A stretch of DNA of 64,000 nt from an uncultured Actinomycetes bacterium (GTDB lineage Bacteria > Actinomycetota > Acidimicrobiia > Spongiisociales > DATADW01). A model generated the notes under the pieces. That model had not been told where the DNA came from, ran no database searches, and saw nothing but the letters and a program-made list of their open reading frames with translations. The stretch is taken from contig CAWGRK010000010.1 of assembly GCA_963824995.1 (NCBI GenBank), positions 270,081 to 334,080 on the forward strand. Direction: 5' to 3'. Both the position numbers and the translations under genes were made by a program. Below are positions 1 through 12,327 of this stretch, one piece after another. How positions within the stretch are numbered: position 1 is the stretch's first letter; every line of letters begins with the position of its first letter.

Positions 1-848
1 TCCGGCTGCTCGCTGGATTGTCCACCTCCGAGATCGCCCGGGCGTTTGTGGTCCCCGAGGCGACTATGTCCAAGCGGCTGGTCCGGGCGAAGCGGAAGAT
101 CGCAGCCGCTGGCATCCCCTACCGCGTCCCCGATCCTCACGAGCTTCCCGACCGGCTCGACGGGGTCTTGGCCACCCTTTACTTGGCCTTCACCGCGGGA
201 TACGTGGCCACCATCGGTGAGGATTTGGTTCGACTCGACCTGTGCGAAGAGGCGATCCGGTTGACCAGGGTCTTGTGGCGGCTGATGCCCGACGAGCCGG
301 AGGTGGGCGGTCTCTTGGCTCTGATGCTGCTCACCCACTCCCGGCGCGATGCCAGGGTTGGGCCGACGGCACCCTGGTCCTGCTCGAAGATCAGCAGCGC
401 CGGCTTTGGGACGAGACGATGAAGGCGGAGGGCCTCGAGGTGCTCGAGGAGGCCCTACGGCGGCGGACGCCCGGCCAGTACCAGACACAGGCGGCGATCG
501 CCGCGGTCCATGCCGAAGCGGCGGACGCCGAGAACACCGATTGGGACCAGATCGTCGGTCTCTACGACGTCCTCCTCGACATGCGGCCCGGCCCGGTGGT
601 GGCTCTGAATCGAGCGGTTGCGGTGGCGATGCGCGACGGGCCGGAGGCCGGATTGGTCGAGGCTGACGAGGTACTTCGCCGGAGGCCGGTTGGAGGACTA
701 CCCATACCTCCATGCCACCAGAGGCGACCTGTCGTCTCGGATGGGGCGGGCGGAGGAAGCGGCCACCGCCTTCGTCCGCGCCCTCGAACTCAGTGTCAAC
801 CCGGCAGAGAGGCGATTTCTGGAGCGGCGACTCGCCGAGCTCGAGTAG
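1..848 (+). pseudogene. ECF-type RNA polymerase sigma factor with extended C-terminal domain (SigJ-like / DUF6596 type), 5-prime partial, reading frame changes twice (near 360-420 and 620-700)
   Basis: Three consecutive ORF pieces (18-422, 242-~660, 618-848) together give sigma-70 region 4 (EIARAFVVPEATMSKRLVRAKRKI) followed by the conserved C-terminal extension (DGTLVLLEDQQRRLWD ... AAIAAVHAEA ... VVALNRAVAVAM ... YPYLHATRGDLSSRMGR). Starts before the window. Confidence 0.6.
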
Positions 849-886
849 GGCGAGCCCGCTGTTGCTTTCGAGGCGACACAGCCCTA

Positions 887-1363
887 TCAGCCGCCCTCCA
901 CCACCTCGAACATCCGCCAACTTCCCGGCACGCCACGCAGTTCGTGCTCGCCGAGGTCGATGAAGCTGAGCCCCGACCCGGTTGCCAGGTCTCGCGTTGT
1001 GCCCGAGACCACTATCCGCTTCCCCGCCTCACCGAGGAGCCGGGCGCGATGTGGACGGCCAGCCCCGACAGGTCGTCATCGGTCTCGTTCCACCTCCCCG
1101 GTGTGGATCGCCGCCCGCATGGAGAGACCATCCCGTTGCAGCCTGTCCCGAAGCCCGAGGGCGGCGTCGATGGCGGCCGACGGGATGTCGAATGTGGCAA
1201 GGACTCCATCGCCGGTCGTCCCAACGATGGCGCCGCCGTGCTGGGATACCAGGCTCTCCGTCGCCGCATGGTGCTCGCCGAGCATCTTCTTCCAGGCGGC
1301 ATCGCCCAGCCGGGCTGCCCGTTGGGTCGAAGAGACGAGGTCGGTGAAGAGGATCGTGGTCAA
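887..1363 (-). pseudogene. Minimal class III adenylate/guanylate cyclase catalytic domain (~159 aa); compensating +1/-1 frame shift near 1045-1085 places a TGA at 1076
   Basis: N-terminus MTTILFTDLVSSTQ ... HTGEVE. After the disruption, in the same frame, ARLLGEAGKRIVVSGTTRDLATGSGLSFIDLGEHELRGVPGSWRMFEVVEGG* ending at 887. The segment GLAVHIA is readable only in the alternate frame. Confidence 0.6.
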
Positions 1364-1417
1364 CCGGCGCCTGGTTCTGGCGGCAACAAACCGATCGTCC
1401 TCTTACGGCCGAGGGGC

Positions 1418-1777
1418 CTATTGACCCGACTGGCTCCGCAACTCGTCGCGGATCTCGGTCAACAACACCACCTCGTCTGAGTCGGCAGTGACCGGTTGCT
1501 CCCTCTTGAACCGGTTGTAGGCGCGCACCAACAGGAAAACCACAAGTCCAACGGCGATGAAGTTGATGATTGCGCTCAGCACCCGCCCGACGCCGAAAGA
1601 CCCGACCATCCATTCGGCTAGGTCGTCCAGCCCTGGGATCACCAGGGCGATCAATGGGTTGACCAGGCCCTCGACGATGGCGGTGACGATTGCCGTGAAT
1701 GCGATCCCCAGCACGAACCCCACCGCCACGTCGACCACGTTGCCGCGGTTGAGGAAGTCGCGGAACTCCTGCAACAC
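1418..1777 (-). CDS. mscL: Large-conductance mechanosensitive channel MscL
   Basis: 119 aa; MLQEFRDFLNRGNVVDVAVGFVLGIAFTAIVTAIVEGLVNPLI is the canonical MscL N-terminus and TM1. Confidence 0.9.
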   Translation of the reverse strand: MLQEFRDFLNRGNVVDVAVGFVLGIAFTAIVTAIVEGLVNPLIALVIPGLDDLAEWMVGSFGVGRVLSAIINFIAVGLVVFLLVRAYNRFKREQPVTADSDEVVLLTEIRDELRSQSGQ

Positions 1778-1845
1778 CTGGATCCTCCCTTCGAGCGACC
1801 GCCGAAACTAGGCACTATTGAGGAGGATGCTCTTTCAGCGAACTC

Positions 1846-2292
1846 TCAGGTTCCCCGCACCTCGAGTCGACGCGCCCGCCGCACGTCAGCGGCGGCGGCG
1901 CGCCGTTTCTTCTCATCGGTCTCGGCGGGCAGCGGTGGGACGGGGACTGGACTCCCCTGCTCGTCCACCCCGACCATGGTGAAGAAAGCCGTCGTAGTGA
2001 GCTGACTCTCTCCGGTGCTGACGATCTCGCGCCAGACCTCGACCTCCACCTCCATCGAGGTCCGCCACACCCTGGTCAACTCGGCAATGAGATGCACCAG
2101 ATCGCCGACGTGTACCGGTGCCAGGAACGCCAGCGAGTCGACCGAAGCGGTGACGACCCCCATGCCGGCATGCCGCACCGCGGCAAGCCCGGCGGCGGTA
2201 TCTGCCAGCCTCATGATCACTCCACCGTGGACGAAGCCGCGGATGTTGACGTCGCCCGGCTCCATCAACTCGACCAGTTCGATTCTCGACAC
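1846..2292 (-). CDS. Acyl-CoA thioesterase, hotdog fold (YciA-like)
   Basis: 148 aa; NIRGFVHGGVIMRLADTAAGLAA ... hotdog thioesterase signature. Confidence 0.7.
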   Translation of the reverse strand: MSRIELVELMEPGDVNIRGFVHGGVIMRLADTAAGLAAVRHAGMGVVTASVDSLAFLAPVHVGDLVHLIAELTRVWRTSMEVEVEVWREIVSTGESQLTTTAFFTMVGVDEQGSPVPVPPLPAETDEKKRRAAAADVRRARRLEVRGT

Positions 2293-2306
2293 AGCACTGC
2301 CTCAAA

Positions 2307-2327
2307 CTTGATAGAATACGACTCAAG
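2307..2327 (+). promoter_or_regulatory. HspR-associated inverted repeat (HAIR) operator in the clpB promoter; embedded TAGAAT -10-like hexamer
   Basis: CTTGATA-GAATACG-ACTCAAG fits the HAIR consensus CTTGAGT-N7-ACTCAAG (right half perfect). Extended palindrome AAACTTGA..TCAAGTTT at 2304-2330, about 70 nt upstream of the clpB ATG at 2396. Confidence 0.7.
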
Positions 2328-2395
2328 TTTTCTGCGTTATACGAACAACACGGGGTCCTTGAGCCCCCAGGAACCTACACGGGGATGACGAACGG

Positions 2396-4993
<2,598 letters not shown>

Positions 4994-5036
4994 TCGCCAA
5001 CCCTGGGCTGGGGAGTACCCAGGAGGTAGCTACCAA

Positions 5037-5230
5037 CCCTGGGTTGACTGGGTTCGTTCCGTGGGCTCGAGTCGTTGCTGTGTAACCGCTCGAACCCTGG
5101 GTTTGGCCGGGGCTCGTTCCGTGGGCCCGGAGCGCTGCTGTGTAACCGCTCGAACCCGGGGTTGGCCGGGGCTCGTTCCGTGGGCCCGGAGCGCTGCTGT
5201 GTAACCGCTCGAACCCGGGGTTGGCGCTGG
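5037..5230 (+). repeat. Intergenic tandem repeat, about 60-bp unit x 3.3 copies
   Basis: Units begin at 5037, 5095 and 5155, with a partial unit at 5214. Consensus CCCGGGGTTGGCCGGGGCTCGTTCCGTGGGCCCGGAGCGCTGCTGTGTAACCGCTCGAA. Copies 2 and 3 are identical and copy 1 diverges. Confidence 0.85.
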
Positions 5231-5242
5231 CAGAATGCCGCC

Positions 5243-5693
5243 ATGAGCGACGTCAACTTTTCGCCGGAAGGACCGGCCGAGACCGTCCTCCCCGAGATCG
5301 ATCCGCAGATCACCCTGGGCTTGTCGCAGGCCCTGTCCGGCGATGATCCGCGGCGGGTTCTGCCGGCCGTGACCGCCGCCGCCCCGACTGCTTCGGTTTG
5401 TTGGGCGACTCTCGGTGAGTTGGTCGAGAGCAGCGCCGCCAACGTCCCGCAACTGGTCGAGGCCTACGCCTACTTCCGCGTCGGGTATCACCGCGGCCTC
5501 GACGCGCTACGTGGCAACGGGTGGCGGGGTTCCGGTTACGTACGGTGGGAGCACCCGTCGAACCGTGGTTTCCTCCGCTGCTCTCGACGGGTTGCGGAGG
5601 GTGGCGGGAGCAATCGGCGAAACTGGTGAAGCGCAGAGGTGCGCCGAGTTCTTACATCAACTCGACCCAGGGTCCTACCCGGCGCCCGGTTGA
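5243..5693 (+). pseudogene. DUF3151-family conserved actinobacterial protein; one frame change near 5570
   Basis: MSDVNFSPEGP ... AYAYFRVGYHRGLDALRGNGWRGSGYVRWEHPSNRGFLR then continues in the 5415..5693 frame (AIGETGEAQRCAEFLHQLDP). Confidence 0.55.
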
Positions 5694-5698
5694 TCGGC

Positions 5699-6415
5699 TC
5701 AGGTCTCTGCGGCGACCACCTTCTCGGTGGCAAGCCGTCGCTGGCGTTGCACCGCGGTGAGCACACCGAGAGCGTTGACGGCCCAATGGAGCAGGAAGGG
5801 GGCGAGGATGCCGCCGCTCCACACCCGAAGCAAGCCAAACCCGAGCCCTGCAAGCGTGGTGAGGACAAGTCCGCGCCACAAACCTGGCCACCCACCGGGG
5901 CTCCCCGGTGGCGACCCGTTGGCCCGAAGACCGCGGAGCACCGGGCCCACATGCCAGATACCGAAGATGACGCTGGTCCCGATCACGGCTACCCATTGCG
6001 AGAAGGCCGACTCCAAGAGCGCAAAGAGGACGCCGCGAAATGCGACTTCCTCGAGCAGCGCCGTTCCCAGCGGCACCCTGACCAGGGCGTGCCTCACCGC
6101 ATCGGCATCGCTCAGCTCGGCGTAGCGCCGATCCTCGAAGGTCTTCGCAACCACCGGCACCCGCTGGGAGACGAAGAGCACCGCCGCTCCGGCGACCATG
6201 GTCAGTGCTCCCCAGGCGAGACCGGGAAGCCACGAGTCCTTTCCCAGCCCGAGCTGGGTGGCGGTAAGCAGGGGCCGCGCCAAGAGAAGCATCGAGGCGG
6301 CAACCGCAAGATTGACCACGACATAGCTGCGGCTCCAGGCCTTCTCCCAAATGGAGATGTGAGCCACGTTGTTGTAGACGGCGAGGAACACGGCCGTGAC
6401 GACGAGGACTGTCAT
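5699..6415 (-). CDS. CPBP-family intramembrane metalloprotease (CAAX protease / bacteriocin-processing type)
   Basis: 238 aa polytopic membrane protein with the EEVAFRG motif and a downstream FGIWH motif. Confidence 0.75.
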   Translation of the reverse strand: MTVLVVTAVFLAVYNNVAHISIWEKAWSRSYVVVNLAVAASMLLLARPLLTATQLGLGKDSWLPGLAWGALTMVAGAAVLFVSQRVPVVAKTFEDRRYAELSDADAVRHALVRVPLGTALLEEVAFRGVLFALLESAFSQWVAVIGTSVIFGIWHVGPVLRGLRANGSPPGSPGGWPGLWRGLVLTTLAGLGFGLLRVWSGGILAPFLLHWAVNALGVLTAVQRQRRLATEKVVAAET

Positions 6416-6546
6416 TAGCGAGCAGTGTCATACCCGCCTGGTCGAAGATCAACCTGAGTGATTCACGCCTTGCGAGAGCCGCCGCTGGAAAGGGGCGCGC
6501 GCCATCGAAACGGGCAACATCGTCTCGGGTACCCTCGCCCGGTCCT

Positions 6547-7728
6547 GTGAGGAGGCTGATGGAGCACAAGGAGCGGGCAGAGCAACTGTTCGGTGAGGTC
6601 GAGAACGACCTGCGTGAGCTGAGCCAATGGATGTACGACAACCCGGAGATCGCCTTCGAGGAACACGAGTCCGCCGCCCGCCTCTCCCGGTTCTTGGCAG
6701 ATGGCGGTATGGAAGTCGAGTTCCCCGCATACGGTCTGGAGACGGCTTTTGTCGCCAGATCGGGCTCCACCGGACCCGAAGTTGTGATCTGCGCCGAGTA
6801 CGACGCCCTGCCCGCCGTCGGCCACGCCTGCGGGCACAATTTGATCGCCACCGCGGCGCTCGGCGCCGGATTGGCGCTGGCGCCGCTCGCCGAAGACCTG
6901 GGTTGCCGAGTCACCGTCCTCGGGACCCCCGCTGAGGAGCATTACGGGGGCAAAGTGGACCTCATGGAGGCGGGTGCCTTCTCCGATGCCGCCGCCGCCA
7001 TGATGATCCACCCCTCGCCGTTCGACATCGTCGACCCTGCAGTGATCGCCGTCGCCCATCTCGATGTCCACTACAGGGGTAAGGAGTCCCATGCCTCCTT
7101 CGCCCCTCACCTCGGGGTGAACGCTCTCGACGCCTTCGTCCAGGCCTATGTCAACGTCGCCACCCTCCGCCAGCAGCTCTTAGCTTCGGACAAGGTGCAT
7201 TGCATCGTCACCCATGGTGGTGACGCCGCCAACGTCATCCCCGCCTCGACAAGCTCGACCTGGTACGTGCGGGCCCACGATCGCAACCGTCTCGACGAGG
7301 TCATGAAGAAGGTGCGGGCTTGCTTCGAGGCGGCGGCGTTGGCTACCGGGTGTACCGTCGAGATCGAACCCGTCGGCCACGAGTACGACAGCCTGCGGAG
7401 CAACCCTCTATTGCTTGACCTATTCGCCGCCAACAGCAGCCGACTGGGGCGCACCATGCTCCACGCCAGCGACTTCCCGCCCGAGGCGGCGGGGTCGACC
7501 GACATGGGAAACGTCTCCTGGGTAGTCCCTTCGATCCATCCCATGTTGAGCCTTGATTGCTTCCCCGCTGTCAACCATCAGCCCGAGTTCGCCGCCAAGA
7601 CCGTGACCGAATCCGGGGAGATGGCGATCCGCGACGGCGCCCTGGCCATGGCGTGGACCGTGATCGATCTGGCGGAGCAGGATCTCTGGGCTGACCTCGA
7701 CCAAGGTGTCGGTAAAACGCGGCACTGA
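6547..7728 (+). CDS. M20-family peptidase / amidohydrolase (AbgB / hippurate hydrolase-like)
   Basis: 393 aa; ICAEYDALPAVGHACGHNLIA metal-binding region and M20 dimerisation domain. Confidence 0.8.
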   Translation: MRRLMEHKERAEQLFGEVENDLRELSQWMYDNPEIAFEEHESAARLSRFLADGGMEVEFPAYGLETAFVARSGSTGPEVVICAEYDALPAVGHACGHNLIATAALGAGLALAPLAEDLGCRVTVLGTPAEEHYGGKVDLMEAGAFSDAAAAMMIHPSPFDIVDPAVIAVAHLDVHYRGKESHASFAPHLGVNALDAFVQAYVNVATLRQQLLASDKVHCIVTHGGDAANVIPASTSSTWYVRAHDRNRLDEVMKKVRACFEAAALATGCTVEIEPVGHEYDSLRSNPLLLDLFAANSSRLGRTMLHASDFPPEAAGSTDMGNVSWVVPSIHPMLSLDCFPAVNHQPEFAAKTVTESGEMAIRDGALAMAWTVIDLAEQDLWADLDQGVGKTRH

Positions 7729-7856
7729 GGCAACGACCACGAGGTCGATCACCGTGGGGCAGTTCGGCAGCCCCCTTACCCGCTGCTGCGCGGCGGGCCC
7801 CTTCCCCCCTCCGGGGACGGAGAGGAAGGTGACGACAAGCGCTTCGCCGGCTCTGG

Positions 7857-7886
7857 CTGCCGTCCGCCGTCTGCCGTCTGCCGTCC
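7857..7886 (+). repeat. Heptamer tandem repeat (CTGCCGT)n, copy a, 5 nt downstream of the aapP stop
   Basis: CTGCCGTCCGCCGTCTGCCGTCTGCCGTCC. In gene sense this reads (GACGGCR)n immediately after the TAG at 7892-7894. Confidence 0.8.
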
Positions 7887-7891
7887 AATTC

Positions 7892-8656
7892 CTAGAGGAT
7901 CTGACTGAGGAAGAGCTTCGTCCGGTCCTCCTCGGGGTCCTCGAAGAAGTGCTCCGGGGTGCCCACCTCCACGATCTGGCCGTCGGCCATGAAAACGACG
8001 CGGTCGGCGACGGCGCGGGCGAAACCCATCTCGTGGGTGATGACGATCATGGTCATCCCCGACTGGGCGAGCTCCTCCATCACCTCGAGGACCTCTCTGA
8101 TCATCTCGGGATCCAATGCCGAGGTGGGCTCGTCGAAGAGCATCACCTTGGGCTGCATGGCGAGGGCTCGGGCGATGGCGACCCGTTGCTGCTGCCCGCC
8201 CGATAGCTGGCCGGGGAATTTGTGCGCCTGTTCGGGGATCTTGACCCGCTCCAGCATCCGCTGTGCCAGGCCCTCGGCTTCCTTCCTGGGAAGGTGACGA
8301 ACCTCGTGCGGCGCCAGGGTGATGTTCTCCATCACCGTGAGGTGCGGAAAGAGGTTGAACTGCTGGAAGACCATCCCTGTCTCGCGCCGGACTTCTTGGA
8401 TGTGTCGGATGTCGTCGGTCAACTCGATGCCGTCGACGATGATCCGGCCGCGATCGTGCTTCTCCAGACGGTTGATACAGCGCACCAGGGTGGACTTGCC
8501 CGACCCCGAGGGACCGATAACCACCACCACCTCCTGGCGGCCGACCCGCATGTCGATCGAGTCGAGCGCCTGAAAGTCGCCAAAGAACTTGCTGACGCCC
8601 ATCAACTCGATGATCGCCTCGCCCTTGGCCTGCGTGGCGTCTGATATCCCGGTCAT
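7892..8656 (-). CDS. aapP: Polar amino-acid ABC transporter ATP-binding protein (AapP/GlnQ-like)
   Basis: Starts [27 protein letters not shown], has Walker [10 protein letters not shown] and [15 protein letters not shown], ends TKLFLSQIL. The 587-aa ORF 7892..9655 is an out-of-frame read-through and the true ATG is at 8656 (ATGA overlap). Confidence 0.9.
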   Translation of the reverse strand: MTGISDATQAKGEAIIELMGVSKFFGDFQALDSIDMRVGRQEVVVVIGPSGSGKSTLVRCINRLEKHDRGRIIVDGIELTDDIRHIQEVRRETGMVFQQFNLFPHLTVMENITLAPHEVRHLPRKEAEGLAQRMLERVKIPEQAHKFPGQLSGGQQQRVAIARALAMQPKVMLFDEPTSALDPEMIREVLEVMEELAQSGMTMIVITHEMGFARAVADRVVFMADGQIVEVGTPEHFFEDPEEDRTKLFLSQIL

Positions 8657-9900
8657 CGCTCCCCCACGCCGAGTCGCTCCTCCAACCGCCGCGCTTCGCG
8701 CGACATCGTGTATGAGCCGGTCCAGAAGATAAGAGCAATAAAGGTCAGAGTGATCACATCGAGCCCCCTGCCGAGGAAATCGGGTTGCGTCGTCGCCAGG
8801 GTCGAGACACGCAGCACATCTGTGAGCCCGATGATGGTCACCAGCGAAGTGTCTTTGAACAACGAGATGAACTGACCGACCATTGCCGGGATCACCGCCC
8901 TCAGAGCTTGGGGTAGGACGATGAGACGGGTGGTCTTCCAGGCCGGAAGTCCCAGCGCCTGCGATGCCTCCACCTGACCCCGCCGCACGGCCTGGAGCCC
9001 TCCGCGGACTATCTCGGCGATGTAGGCCGCCTCGAAGGCGGTGATTGCAATGAGCGCCCTGGTCACCTGCCCGGGCCGGAGGTTGACCGGGATGAGAAAG
9101 CCGAGGGCGAAGGCAGCCATGAAGAGCAGGGTGATCAACGGCACGCCCCTGATGAACTCGATGTAGCCCACGGCGATGGTCCGCACAACCGGCAACGTGG
9201 ACCTTCGTGCCAGCGCGAGCAGCACTCCGATAGGGAAGGCGAAGAGGATCCCGGCCACGGTGAGGAAGAGATTGAGATGGAGACCACCCCACTGCTCCCA
9301 ACCCACTCCGCCGCCGGAGAGGACCAGGTAGATCCCGACGAGCAGCGCGAGGGCAATCAGCCACGTCCATCGGCGGACGGCGGCGGGCAGTCTCAGCCCG
9401 ACGGCATAGGCTCCGACCCCGGCGGCGATGCACCCCAGCGTGAGCACCGCCGGAATCCAGGTCCGGGTGAGAGCCAGGAGCACCCCGACGAGGAGAATCA
9501 CCGGCCAGAACCGGCGCGCCCAACCCTGGGGAGTGGTGGGCCGCGGCGGCGGAAGTCCCGACTCGTCGGCGCGCCCCATTGCAGTAGCTCTGGCGACACC
9601 GGCCACCACCCCGATCAGCAAGGCGAGCAGCCCGGTGGCGACCCATGGCCGCCACAATTGGTCACGGGGAAACCGCCCCATCAGGAAAAGCAGGAGATTG
9701 ACCCGGATGATCTCCCAGTCGGCCTCGAAGAAGACCCACCGGACCAGGACAAACACTCCATACAGGAGCAAGCCGCCGACCACCAGGGTGAGCACGGTGT
9801 TGTACCACGTGGAGAAGAGGTTGCGTCTCGCCCACTCCATCGGACGCAGCTTGATCTGCGGCGGCTTCGGCGGCTCGGGGGTGGCGATCTCGACGATCAT
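8653..9900 (-). CDS. aapM: General L-amino-acid ABC transporter permease (AapM-like, about 415 aa)
   Basis: Starts [11 protein letters not shown] (ATG 9900 overlapping the upstream stop). Has the EAA-loop region [18 protein letters not shown] and about 8 TM segments. The ORF-track N-terminal extension to 10422 is a shadow. Confidence 0.8.
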   Translation of the reverse strand: MIVEIATPEPPKPPQIKLRPMEWARRNLFSTWYNTVLTLVVGGLLLYGVFVLVRWVFFEADWEIIRVNLLLFLMGRFPRDQLWRPWVATGLLALLIGVVAGVARATAMGRADESGLPPPRPTTPQGWARRFWPVILLVGVLLALTRTWIPAVLTLGCIAAGVGAYAVGLRLPAAVRRWTWLIALALLVGIYLVLSGGGVGWEQWGGLHLNLFLTVAGILFAFPIGVLLALARRSTLPVVRTIAVGYIEFIRGVPLITLLFMAAFALGFLIPVNLRPGQVTRALIAITAFEAAYIAEIVRGGLQAVRRGQVEASQALGLPAWKTTRLIVLPQALRAVIPAMVGQFISLFKDTSLVTIIGLTDVLRVSTLATTQPDFLGRGLDVITLTFIALIFWTGSYTMSREARRLEERLGVGER

Positions 9901-11066
9901 CTCTCCACCAATTGCAGCCTGCGGTTGACCACGTTGGCCACCAATGAGATCACGATCGAGAAAGCGAGATAGGCCAGCATGAGGAGGAGGATGAGTTGGG
10001 GTGCCGGCTGCCCGTTCCCGATTGTCTGACGCACGATTCGTGTGATCTCCGCATATCCCACCGCCAAGGCGAGCGACGTGTTCTTCACGAAGTTGAGAAA
10101 CTGGTTGATCATTGGCGGGACCGCAATGCGAAAGGCTTGGGGAAGCACCACGAAGCGGAGCCGCTGGAACGAGCGGAGGGCGAGCGCCTCTGCCGCCTCG
10201 GTCTGACCCTTTGGGACCGCCTGGATGCTCCCTCGAACGATCTCGGCGACATGGCTGGCGGTGTACAGGACCAGAGCCACCATCACGGCCATGAACGACC
10301 CGAGCGCGCTGAAGCCTCCTGAAATGCGTCGACCCTCGAGTCTTGGAACCGAGATGGTGAACGGTCGATCGAGGATCAGGTATCCGACAACGGCGAAAAG
10401 AAGAAATACGCCGCCGGCCCACAGAGCCCGGTGATGTGGCTCACCCGTCCGCTCCGAAACCCTGGTTCGCCACCACCAGACGAATGCCGCCACCACGAGA
10501 CCGGTGCCGAGCACTCCGAGGAACACCGCCAGGTTGGCACCGGCACTCAGCCCGGGAACCGCGATGAAAAGGTTGCTGACCACGAACCATCCGAAAGGCG
10601 TATAGCCCTCGCGGATGGGGGGGAGTTGCAGGATCACCGCGTTGAAGGCGAAGAAGATGATCAGCAGCGGCGGAATGTTGCGCAGGACCTCCACATAGAC
10701 CGTCGCCGCCTTGGCCACCAGCCAGTTGGACGAGAGCCGAGCGACCCCAACGATCACCCCGAGGATGGCCAGCAGTGGAACCCCGATGACGGCCAGCGCC
10801 AGCGTGTTCTTCACACCGACCAGCAGGGTGCGTCTTATGGCAGCGCGGGAGCTGATCGGGCTGCCGGCGATGTCGACCCCCGAGGGCTGGCTGAGGAAGT
10901 CGAAGTCGGTCGAGATCCCGGCACGCCGCATGTTGTTGGTCAGGTTGAACCAGAGGACGTAGAAGATGAGGATGACCGCCCCCGCAGCCACCACTTGTGC
11001 GCCGACGCGCAGCACTTTGGTGTTGCGCCAGAACGGGATGCGGGCGGTTTGGCCCGGTGCGCTCAT
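9897..11066 (-). CDS. aapQ: General L-amino-acid ABC transporter permease (AapQ-like)
   Basis: 389 aa, polytopic; ASHVAEIVRGSIQAVPKGQTEAAEALAL EAA loop. Confidence 0.8.
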   Translation of the reverse strand: MSAPGQTARIPFWRNTKVLRVGAQVVAAGAVILIFYVLWFNLTNNMRRAGISTDFDFLSQPSGVDIAGSPISSRAAIRRTLLVGVKNTLALAVIGVPLLAILGVIVGVARLSSNWLVAKAATVYVEVLRNIPPLLIIFFAFNAVILQLPPIREGYTPFGWFVVSNLFIAVPGLSAGANLAVFLGVLGTGLVVAAFVWWWRTRVSERTGEPHHRALWAGGVFLLFAVVGYLILDRPFTISVPRLEGRRISGGFSALGSFMAVMVALVLYTASHVAEIVRGSIQAVPKGQTEAAEALALRSFQRLRFVVLPQAFRIAVPPMINQFLNFVKNTSLALAVGYAEITRIVRQTIGNGQPAPQLILLLMLAYLAFSIVISLVANVVNRRLQLVER

Positions 11067-11109
11067 CGGGCTAGGGGGGCGGCAACACGGCCGCCCCCCT
11101 CAGCGATGA

Positions 11110-12237
11110 TCACCGGTACGGCGGGGCGTAGAGCAGCCCTCCCTCGGTCCAAAGTGCGTTGAACTCCCGCTCCAGTCCGAGCGGGCTCTCCGGCCCCACG
11201 TTGCGCTCATAAATCTCGGCGTAGTTACCCATTGCCTCGATCATTGTGGCCTGCCAGCCGGGCTCGATACCCAGACCGGGATCGAATACAGCCAGCTCCC
11301 CGGTCTCCGGGTCTTCGATCTCGAGTCCGAGAAAGCGCCGGATATTGGGGTCGTCCGAGTCATCGAATGTGCCGACGTTGGTGGAGTCGATTCCGAACTC
11401 CTCCGCCTGGATCGTTGCCAGCACGACCCAGTCAACCACCTGCGCCCACTGGCTGTCGCCGTCGCGCACCACCGGGCCGAGCGGCTCCTTGGAGAAGATC
11501 TCGTCGAATATGACGAGCGACTCCGGTCCGCCCTCATCATCGGGGAAGGTCGAGCGAACCCCGGCGAGCTGGCTCCGGTCGGAGGTCCATCCGTCACACT
11601 GGCCGGCGATGAACGCGGCCTGAATCTGCTCGTTCTCCTCGAAGGTGATCGGCTCGTATGCGATGTCGCCCATCCGGTCGGCGAGGTTCCCCTCGGTGGT
11701 TGTACCCGACAGCGTGCATATGGCTGTGTCCGCCATGTCGTCGATGGCTTCGAACCCGCTGTCGGCCCTCACCATCATCCCCTGACCGTCGTAGAAGGTC
11801 GTGGTGAGGAATGTCGATGTGAGTTCGCCGTCGCGCCCTGCCGTGCGCGTCGTGTTCCGGATGAGCACGTCCACTTCACCCGACTGGAGGGCCGTGAAGC
11901 GCTGCTCGGTGGTCAGCGGTCGGAACTCCACCGCCTCCGGGTCTCCGAGGACCGCAGCGGCGACCGCTCGGCAGAAGTCGATGTCGAATCCGGCGAAGTT
12001 GCCATCGGCGTCGACAAACCCGAATCCGGGCACGGCGTCGTTCACCCCGCAGATCAGGTTGCCGCGCTCCTGGACCGCGGCAAGGGTCTCCCCGGCCGGA
12101 GCGGCGGCTGTGGTCGATTCGGTGCCACCGGCGGTTGTTGTCCCGGTCCCGCCTGTGGCGGTCGTGTCGGTGGCGGCCGTCGTACAAGCCGCCATCACAA
12201 CGGCGAGACAGGCGAGAAGCATTGTCCTTCGTTTCAC
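11110..12237 (-). CDS. aapJ: Amino-acid ABC transporter substrate-binding lipoprotein (AapJ-like)
   Basis: 375 aa, lipobox LLACLAVVMAAC, Thr/Gly-rich linker, PBP2-type fold. Confidence 0.8.
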   Translation of the reverse strand: MKRRTMLLACLAVVMAACTTAATDTTATGGTGTTTAGGTESTTAAAPAGETLAAVQERGNLICGVNDAVPGFGFVDADGNFAGFDIDFCRAVAAAVLGDPEAVEFRPLTTEQRFTALQSGEVDVLIRNTTRTAGRDGELTSTFLTTTFYDGQGMMVRADSGFEAIDDMADTAICTLSGTTTEGNLADRMGDIAYEPITFEENEQIQAAFIAGQCDGWTSDRSQLAGVRSTFPDDEGGPESLVIFDEIFSKEPLGPVVRDGDSQWAQVVDWVVLATIQAEEFGIDSTNVGTFDDSDDPNIRRFLGLEIEDPETGELAVFDPGLGIEPGWQATMIEAMGNYAEIYERNVGPESPLGLEREFNALWTEGGLLYAPPYR

Positions 12238-12327
12238 TATCTAGCCCCTTCCTCGGTCGTCCTTCGTACCGCGAACATAACGGGCGCAGCAGGATGATGC
12301 CTGCGGACCCGATCGAATCAGGGAGGT

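Noticed and set aside
5652-6914. 420-aa minus-strand ORF (and 259-aa plus-strand ORF 5639..6418) covering the DUF3151/CPBP/M20 region
   Set aside because: Arg/Gly/Pro-rich low-complexity translation typical of high-GC shadow frames. It overlaps well-supported genes on the same or opposite strand.
7892-9655. 587-aa ORF listed as a single gene
   Set aside because: Only the C-terminal 254 aa (from MTGISD, ATG 8656) is the ABC ATPase. The rest is an out-of-frame read-through across the aapM permease gene.
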